Below, one piece after another: positions 58,164 through 64,000 of a DNA stretch of 64,000 nucleotides. Numbering within the stretch: the stretch's first letter is position 1; every line of letters starts with the position of its first letter. The stretch spans positions 1,248,001 to 1,312,000 of the forward strand of contig CBDCXV010000001.1 in NCBI GenBank assembly GCA_965223905.1, in the 5' to 3' direction. This stretch comes from Candidatus Latescibacterota bacterium (GTDB lineage Bacteria; Latescibacterota; UBA2968; UBA8231). Below the pieces are notes generated by a model. That model was not told the DNA's origin. It was given only the letters and a program-made list of their open reading frames with translations, and did not search any database. The position numbers were made by a program, and so were the translations under genes.

Positions 58164-60815
58164 ATGGCCGCAGCCACGACCGCTTCCCTCTGCTTCGCCG
58201 AAACTGACCTCCAACGTATCCCCGCAGGGCGACGACACCGCTCCGGGGACGCAGGCGCAACCGCTGGCAACCCTCGAGGGCGCCCGCGACCGGGTGCGGC
58301 AACTGAAAACCGGGGAGACCCCACTGACCGTCTGGTTCGCCGAGGGGACCTACTGGTTTGCCGCGCCGGTCGTTTTCTCCGCGGAAGACTCCGGCACCGA
58401 AGCGGCGCCCGTGACCTACCGGGCGGTTCCCGGGGCGGAGGTGCGCTTCAGCGGGGGGCAGCCGGTCGGCGGGTGGCGCCCGGTCACGGACGAGGGTGTC
58501 CTCGGACGCCTGCCCGCAGAGGCGCGCGCCCACGTGCTCGTGGCCGACCTGCGCGCCCAGGGGATCGAGGACTACGGCCGCCTCGGCCGGCGGGGATCCG
58601 CCTCCGGCATTCCCGAGAGGAGTACGGCTGGATCGAGGCGGAGCTGTTCTGGAACGACGAGCCGATGACGCTGGCGCGCTGGCCGAACGAGGGGTTTCGC
58701 GGCATCCACGAGGTCGAGGGGGAAGAGCGCATCACCATCGACAGCGACCGGCTCGAGCGCTGGGTCGGCGAGGCCGAGCCGTGGATCCTCGCCTACTGGC
58801 GCTACGACTGGGCGGAGCTGTACGAGCCGATCACCGGCTTCGAGCCGGGGCAACGGGTGCTGCTGCGTTCAGCCGACATCACACCCGGCTACGGCATCGA
58901 CCCGGGGCGGGCGCGGTGGTACGCCTTCAACCTGCTCAGCGAGATCGACCGTCCGGGTGAGTACTACATCGACCGCGGCAACGGCCTGCTCTACTTCTGG
59001 CCGCCCCCACCGTCGGGCGAGGCGGTACTGTCCCGTTCCGACGGACTGGTGCGGGCGGAAGAGCTGCGGCACGTGACCTTCAGGGGTATCGCGTTCGAAG
59101 CCTCGCGGGGAACGGCGATAACTATCGAGGGTGGAGCCGGCTGCGGGGTGGCCGGCTGCACGATCCGCAACAGCGGCGGCCGGGCGGTGCAGGTGAACGG
59201 GGGTTCGAACCATGAGATCTACGGATGCGACGTCTACCACACCGGCACCGGCGGTATCCACATGAACGGCGGAAACCGCGCCACCCTGACCCCGTCCGGA
59301 CACAGCGCCGAGAACAACCACGTCCACCACTACTCGCGGCGAAAGCGCACCTACCAGTCCGCCATCAGCACCTACGGCGTCGGCGGGCGCATCGCCCACA
59401 ACCTGATTCACGACGGCCCCCACATGACGCTGTCGGCAGGGGGCAACGACCACATCGTCGAGTACAACGAGATACACAACGTCGTGTACGAAAGCCGCGA
59501 TGCCGGGGCCTTCTACGTCGGCCGCGACTTCACCCAGCGAGGCACCGTGCTGCGCTACAACTACTGGCACCAGATTCTCGGCGCCGACGGGCACGGAGGC
59601 ATGACGATTTACCTCGACGACCAGCACAGCGGCCACGCCATTCACGGCAACCTCTTCGAGAGCGTGACCAACGCCGTCTTCATCGGCGGCGGAGTCGACA
59701 ACACGGTCACCAACAACGTCTTCATCGACTGCTGGACCGCGGTCCATCTCGACAACCGCGGCATGGGCTGGCAGAAGGGGATGGTCCAGGACACCTCGTG
59801 GACCTTCCACCAGGGGTTGCGGGCGGTGCCGTACAGGAGCGAGGTCTGGGCGCGGCGCTACCCGACCCTGCCGGGGATTCTCGACGACATGCTGGGGGTG
59901 CCGCAGCGCAACCTGTTTCGCGGCAACGTCAGCGCCGGCGGCATCTGGGACGACATCAACAACGCCACCAGGAAGTTCCAGACCATTGAGGACAACCTGG
60001 CCTTCGACGACGACCCGGAATGGGTCCGCCTGGTCAAGGACGACCGGGGCCGTCCGGCAAAGCTGGAGTTCCGGGACCCGGCCGCGGTATCGGAGATCGG
60101 GTTCGAGCCCCTGCCGCTTTCCAGGATGGGGGTGTACGAGGACGAGCGCCGTGCCAGCTGGCCCGCGGTCCACGAGGTGAGGCCGGTGCAGTTCCCCGAG
60201 CCGGTCCCGCAGGCCGACCTGCCCCCGGACCCGGTGTACACGGTCCCGCGCTCATCCGCGGAGATAACCGTGGACGGCGAGCTGCAGCCGGAGGAGTGGG
60301 GCGGCCTGTCGGCGGAGGCCGCCATGGTCCTCGAGGCGCACGTGTCGGGAGCCCTCGTCGAGCCGGCGGCGCGGGCGTGGCTGACCCATGACGGCGACGC
60401 CCTCAGGGTGGGCCTGGTCACTGAGCTCCCCGAAACCCGCGATCTCGGAACCATCTGGGGAAGCAGCGACGCGGTGGAGCTCGCCTTCAAGGCCGCGGAC
60501 GATCTCTTCGCGGAAACGCAGGTGCTGCGCGGCTACACCGAAGGGACGTGGGAGACCACGGACGAGACGGGCTCGAGCGACGAGGCGAGGCAACGGCTCG
60601 CCCGCGGGGTGAGGTACGGTGCCCGCCTCGGAGATGGCCGGTGGAGCGCCGAGTGGGAGGTGCCGCTGGCGAACCTCGGGATCACTCCGGGCGGGCGCAT
60701 CCGTTTCAACCTCACGGTGCGGCGGGTAAGCGGCCAGCGGTGGATCATGTGGAGGCCGACCAAGGGCCAGAGCTACGACGTCGATGGTGTCGGCAGTCTG
60801 TACCTGGCTCCGTGA
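58164..60815 (+). CDS. Right-handed beta-helix protein with CBM9-like C-terminus; compensating frameshifts in the 5' part
   Basis: LARWPN, EIDRPGEYY, HIVEYNEIH, DAGAFY, IYLDD; the real N-terminal segment (AEDSGTEAAPVTYRA) is in another frame at about 58217-58600. Confidence 0.75.
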   Translation: MAAATTASLCFAETDLQRIPAGRRHRSGDAGATAGNPRGRPRPGAATENRGDPTDRLVRRGDLLVCRAGRFLRGRLRHRSGARDLPGGSRGGGALQRGAAGRRVAPGHGRGCPRTPARRGARPRARGRPARPGDRGLRPPRPAGIRLRHSREEYGWIEAELFWNDEPMTLARWPNEGFRGIHEVEGEERITIDSDRLERWVGEAEPWILAYWRYDWAELYEPITGFEPGQRVLLRSADITPGYGIDPGRARWYAFNLLSEIDRPGEYYIDRGNGLLYFWPPPPSGEAVLSRSDGLVRAEELRHVTFRGIAFEASRGTAITIEGGAGCGVAGCTIRNSGGRAVQVNGGSNHEIYGCDVYHTGTGGIHMNGGNRATLTPSGHSAENNHVHHYSRRKRTYQSAISTYGVGGRIAHNLIHDGPHMTLSAGGNDHIVEYNEIHNVVYESRDAGAFYVGRDFTQRGTVLRYNYWHQILGADGHGGMTIYLDDQHSGHAIHGNLFESVTNAVFIGGGVDNTVTNNVFIDCWTAVHLDNRGMGWQKGMVQDTSWTFHQGLRAVPYRSEVWARRYPTLPGILDDMLGVPQRNLFRGNVSAGGIWDDINNATRKFQTIEDNLAFDDDPEWVRLVKDDRGRPAKLEFRDPAAVSEIGFEPLPLSRMGVYEDERRASWPAVHEVRPVQFPEPVPQADLPPDPVYTVPRSSAEITVDGELQPEEWGGLSAEAAMVLEAHVSGALVEPAARAWLTHDGDALRVGLVTELPETRDLGTIWGSSDAVELAFKAADDLFAETQVLRGYTEGTWETTDETGSSDEARQRLARGVRYGARLGDGRWSAEWEVPLANLGITPGGRIRFNLTVRRVSGQRWIMWRPTKGQSYDVDGVGSLYLAP

Positions 60816-60843
60816 GCAGGTGAGGTCCGGGGCAAGGTGGGTG

Positions 60844-60911
60844 CCGACCAAGGGTCAGAGCTATGATGTCGACGGTGTGGGCAGTCTGTATCTGGTTCCC
60901 TGAGCAGGTGA
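60844..60911 (+). repeat. Tandem diverged copy of the 3' end of the beta-helix gene (60756-60823)
   Basis: 68 nt with 8 mismatches, 7 of them synonymous. Confidence 0.92.
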
Positions 60912-61018
60912 TGAATCGGCAAATTCAAAGACCGTCACATCAACTATCTTATTCACGTCTAATTTGAAGAATCGCTCGATGTGCGAGGGCGTCGCCACCG
61001 CCTGTTGAGGAGAATGGG

Positions 61019-61684
61019 ATGAGCACCACCATCCATACCATAGAGGACTTGATCCAGGTCCTGGACGAAAACCCCCAGTGGCTCGAGGCCATGCGCGCCC
61101 GGCTGCTGACGCGTGAGCTGATCGAGCTTCCCGAAAAGTTCACCCTGTTCGTCGCGGAGGTGACCAGCTTTGTCGCGGAGGTGAGAACCTTTGTCGCAGA
61201 GACGAACCGGCGCCTCGACAGTCTCGAAACCGGGGTGAAGTCCGTCCAGAACGATACAGGCCTTCTCAAGGGGATCCTCGCCCGCAACGCCGCTCTTGAG
61301 GAGGTTACCGATGTCGCCCGGGAGATGAGCCTCTGGAGGACCAAAAACCTCACCCGGGACGACCTGTGGGACCTGATCGACCAGGCCGACACGTCGGGTA
61401 TCCCCACCAATGAGCTGAGAAGCTTTCGCCGGGCGGATCTGATCATGGAGGCGACGGACCAGGAGGGCGCAACCTGCTACGTCGCCGTGGAGATCTCCTA
61501 TACGGCCAACGGACGGGATACCACCCGGGCGCTCCGCAATGCCGGGTTCCTGACGAGGTTCACCGGCAGGCGCTCCCATGCAGCTGTTGCGGGTCTGTTC
61601 CGGGATGAACGGATCCAGGACCTCATCGACTCGGGCGAAGTGGCCTGGTATCGACTGGATCCCCAGATCCTGGAAGCGGAATAG
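61019..61684 (+). CDS. Coiled-coil + PD-(D/E)XK-like domain protein
   Basis: FVAEVTS/FVAEVRT/FVAETNR heptads; RADLIM...VAVEIS...RALRNA. Confidence 0.7.
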   Translation: MSTTIHTIEDLIQVLDENPQWLEAMRARLLTRELIELPEKFTLFVAEVTSFVAEVRTFVAETNRRLDSLETGVKSVQNDTGLLKGILARNAALEEVTDVAREMSLWRTKNLTRDDLWDLIDQADTSGIPTNELRSFRRADLIMEATDQEGATCYVAVEISYTANGRDTTRALRNAGFLTRFTGRRSHAAVAGLFRDERIQDLIDSGEVAWYRLDPQILEAE

Positions 61685-61779
61685 CTGACCCGGCTGTCCC
61701 TCCAGCCGTCCGCGGCTGAAACCCCGCCCTCCGGGTAACAGTCGCCGCAGAGCGACGACCACCCCATCCAATACGCGGT

Positions 61780-62343
61780 TCAGTAGTCGGCGAGAACCTC
61801 GTCGACGTCGCGCGCGGCATTGTCGAGCGCCTGTTTCGGCGTCGCCATTCCCGAGAACGCCTCGTTGACGGCCTCGGCGAGGCGGCGGGCGATCTGCGAG
61901 ACCGCCGGGTGCGGCGGCCACCCGAGCGCGCGCGTCCCCTCGTCGGCCATGACGTCGATGTCGATGTACCCCTCGAACGCCCTGGTTTCGAAGGCCGACT
62001 TCTGGGTCGGCAACCCCGACTGCTCCGGGTCCGCGGTCTGCCAGACCGGGTCGTGCACGTAGAGCTCCTTGAGCACCGCCCAGGCCGCCTCCGGCACCCG
62101 GGTGTAGGCGGGAATCGCCACCATCACCACGTCGATCAGGGTTTTGGGAGGACGCGGCTCCAGCGGGTCGGGGGGAACCGGCAGCGGCCGCAGCATCAGT
62201 GGCCCCTCGATGGACAGCAGGGCGCGCTCCGATACCCAGTGGGCGCAGTTCTCGTGGAAGGCGTAGGCGGCGTTCCCCTCCGGCACGAACCCGCGATCCT
62301 TCAGATCGACGAGGAACTCGAGGGTCGCGACCCCGGCGGTCAT
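61780..62343 (-). pseudogene. Extracellular solute-binding protein C-terminal fragment
   Basis: PEAAWAVLK...GLPTQKSA...TPKQALDNAA; no signal peptide or N-terminal lobe. Confidence 0.5.
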
Positions 62344-62350
62344 CGACCGC

Positions 62351-63289
62351 TCAGGACGGTTCGTTCCAGCGGCTGTCGCTGTGGGAGACCGACCACATGC
62401 GCGGCTTGTACGCGCCGCCGGCGCCGGCGGGGGTGCCGAGCCTGCGGTGGCGCTCCGGCCAGGTCCAGAACGGGCGGCCGAAAAGCAGCTCCCTCACCTC
62501 CTCGGACTGGGTCTCGAGGAACTCCGGGGTCGGTTCCCACCCGGCCATCGCCATGTCCTTGGGATGCGAGTAGCCGCCGATGATGATGGCGCGCTCCCCG
62601 TCCCCCCGGTTCTGCCCGGTGGCGTGGATGAGGGTTTCGCACATCACCAGGGTCGAGCCGGCAGGGGCCGCCACCTGGTGGACGAGGGCGGGATCCTCGT
62701 ACGCGGCGCCGACCATGTCGTCTTCGCGGCAGTTCAGCTTGTGGCTTCCGGCAATGACCGCGGTGCCCCCGTCCTCGGGACCGAGGTCCCGCAGGTTGGT
62801 CAGGGTCTTGACGAAGGTGCAGTGGTAGAGGCCGCCGTAGGTGTAGCTGTCGAAGCCGGGCTGGCCGCCGCGATGCCACTGGTAGCGGAACCGGGCCCCG
62901 GGGTCGAAGTCCGGGAGGCGCCGGTTGACGATGGCCGCGGATTCGTCGAGACGCACCTTGCCGCCGACCACCTCCTCGACGAGGGCGACGAGCCGGGGGT
63001 GGGTGAGATAGCGGCAGAACGCCGGGTGCGCCTGGACGAGGTGGCCCCAGCTGAAATAGTGCGGCGGCTTCCAGGACTCGACGCGGGCGCAATCGATCAC
63101 CGCTTCGGCGGGGTTCTCCTCGGCCTCGAAGCGGACGCGCAGCTCTTCCAGGGCGGCCAGCAGCTCTTCGCACTCGGCCGCGGTCAGCGCGTTCTCGATG
63201 ACGACGTAGCCGTTGACCTCGAAATGCAGGCGCTGCGCCGGGGTCATCGCCGGGAAGGAGTCGTCGGTTTGCAATGGTTGTTCAGTCAT
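62351..63289 (-). CDS. PhyH family Fe/2OG enzyme with HxG motif
   Basis: FEVNGYVVIENAL, WHRGG, DGGTAVIAGSHK, ETLIHAT. Confidence 0.85.
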   Translation of the reverse strand: MTEQPLQTDDSFPAMTPAQRLHFEVNGYVVIENALTAAECEELLAALEELRVRFEAEENPAEAVIDCARVESWKPPHYFSWGHLVQAHPAFCRYLTHPRLVALVEEVVGGKVRLDESAAIVNRRLPDFDPGARFRYQWHRGGQPGFDSYTYGGLYHCTFVKTLTNLRDLGPEDGGTAVIAGSHKLNCREDDMVGAAYEDPALVHQVAAPAGSTLVMCETLIHATGQNRGDGERAIIIGGYSHPKDMAMAGWEPTPEFLETQSEEVRELLFGRPFWTWPERHRRLGTPAGAGGAYKPRMWSVSHSDSRWNEPS

Positions 63290-63581
63290 GAAAAGTCCGT
63301 GGTGAGGTGCGATGAGGTGATGGGAAAGAAAGGGACCGATCCTTTCGGAGATTTCTGGGAATTTCGGGAAGTCCTCCAGCGGCTGCGAATGCCATGGGGC
63401 AAGGCCCAGCAGGGCGTGCGGCCGCCGGGCGGGCGTGAATCGACAGGACTGTTATCAATTCACCTTCCTGCCCCGTCATGTATTCAGGGGGCCGGATTGT
63501 GGAAGCAACACGACAACCTGCACCCTGGCCAACACGTCGGCCACCTGTACATGTCATGTCAAAGAGCCGAAGGAATACCGG

Positions 63582-64000
63582 ATGGCGAACTTCGACACCA
63601 TCTCGAAATACCTGGTTCAAACCTATCCCGGCGATTTCGCCCGCTTCACTCTCGGTCGAGAAGACGTCGAGGTCCTCGAGCTGCTCGACAACGAGCAGCC
63701 GACCCCGCAAACCCCCCGCACCGACAGCACCCTTCGCGTGCGTATCGGCGGCGAGGAGGTGTTGGTCCATACCGAATTTCAAACCACCGACAGCACCCAT
63801 GTCCCCATGCCGAGACGCATGGCCGGCTATATCGGGCGCGCCATTGAACGCCATGGCCTGCCGGTTTTTTCCAGCGTCCTCTACCTGCGTCCCAATGCGG
63901 GGAGAAAGGATCCAGGGCACCATCTTCAGGAACGTCCCGGTCACCGGATTCTGGTTGAATACAAGGTGATACGGCTGATCGAGCTGGACGGCCAACACAT
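63582..64000 (+). CDS. Rpn/YhgA-like PD-(D/E)XK nuclease (runs off the window)
   Basis: Manual translation MANFDTISKYLVQTYP...RTDSTL...LVHTEFQT...MPRRMAGY...SVLYL. Confidence 0.75.
   Translation, partial: MANFDTISKYLVQTYPGDFARFTLGREDVEVLELLDNEQPTPQTPRTDSTLRVRIGGEEVLVHTEFQTTDSTHVPMPRRMAGYIGRAIERHGLPVFSSVLYLRPNAGRKDPGHHLQERPGHRILVEYKVIRLIELDGQH

Noticed and set aside
60756-60911. Diversity-generating retroelement VR/TR pair
   Set aside because: Mismatches are mostly synonymous and include C/G changes, so they are not adenine-specific; no reverse transcriptase in the window.

Overview
GC-rich bacterial chromosomal window. Its gene content (three PhyH-type dioxygenases, an ECF-sigma/TPR fusion, an ankyrin protein, an Rpn-like nuclease, many TA modules) resembles Latescibacterota/Poribacteria-type symbionts; that taxonomy is inference only. 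Metabolic genes include a GH5, CobB, a K+ channel, a Co-type nitrile hydratase operon, a pair of ABC exporters, uxuA-like, kbl, MlrC and AcuI/YhdH. They flank a ~22 kb minus-strand defence island (about 12.3-34.1 kb). The island holds a two-gene ATPase/ATPase-wHTH-TPR module, an ABC-ATPase + TOPRIM-like pair and a type I R-M system interleaved with TA cassettes. Two signals stand out. (1) HsdS is fused to an N-terminal MNT nucleotidyltransferase and translationally coupled to an upstream HEPN (Rx4H) gene, a candidate R-M guard system. (2) Accessory cassettes are repeatedly bordered by diverged 50-110 bp copies of the neighbouring gene's 5' or 3' end, suggesting cassette accretion by gene-end replacement with no transposase or integrase in view. 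One PhyH enzyme has HxG instead of HxD, a halogenase-like signature. Several genes are frameshifted; pseudogenes cannot be told from long-read indels here. All family assignments come from motif recognition, not database searches.
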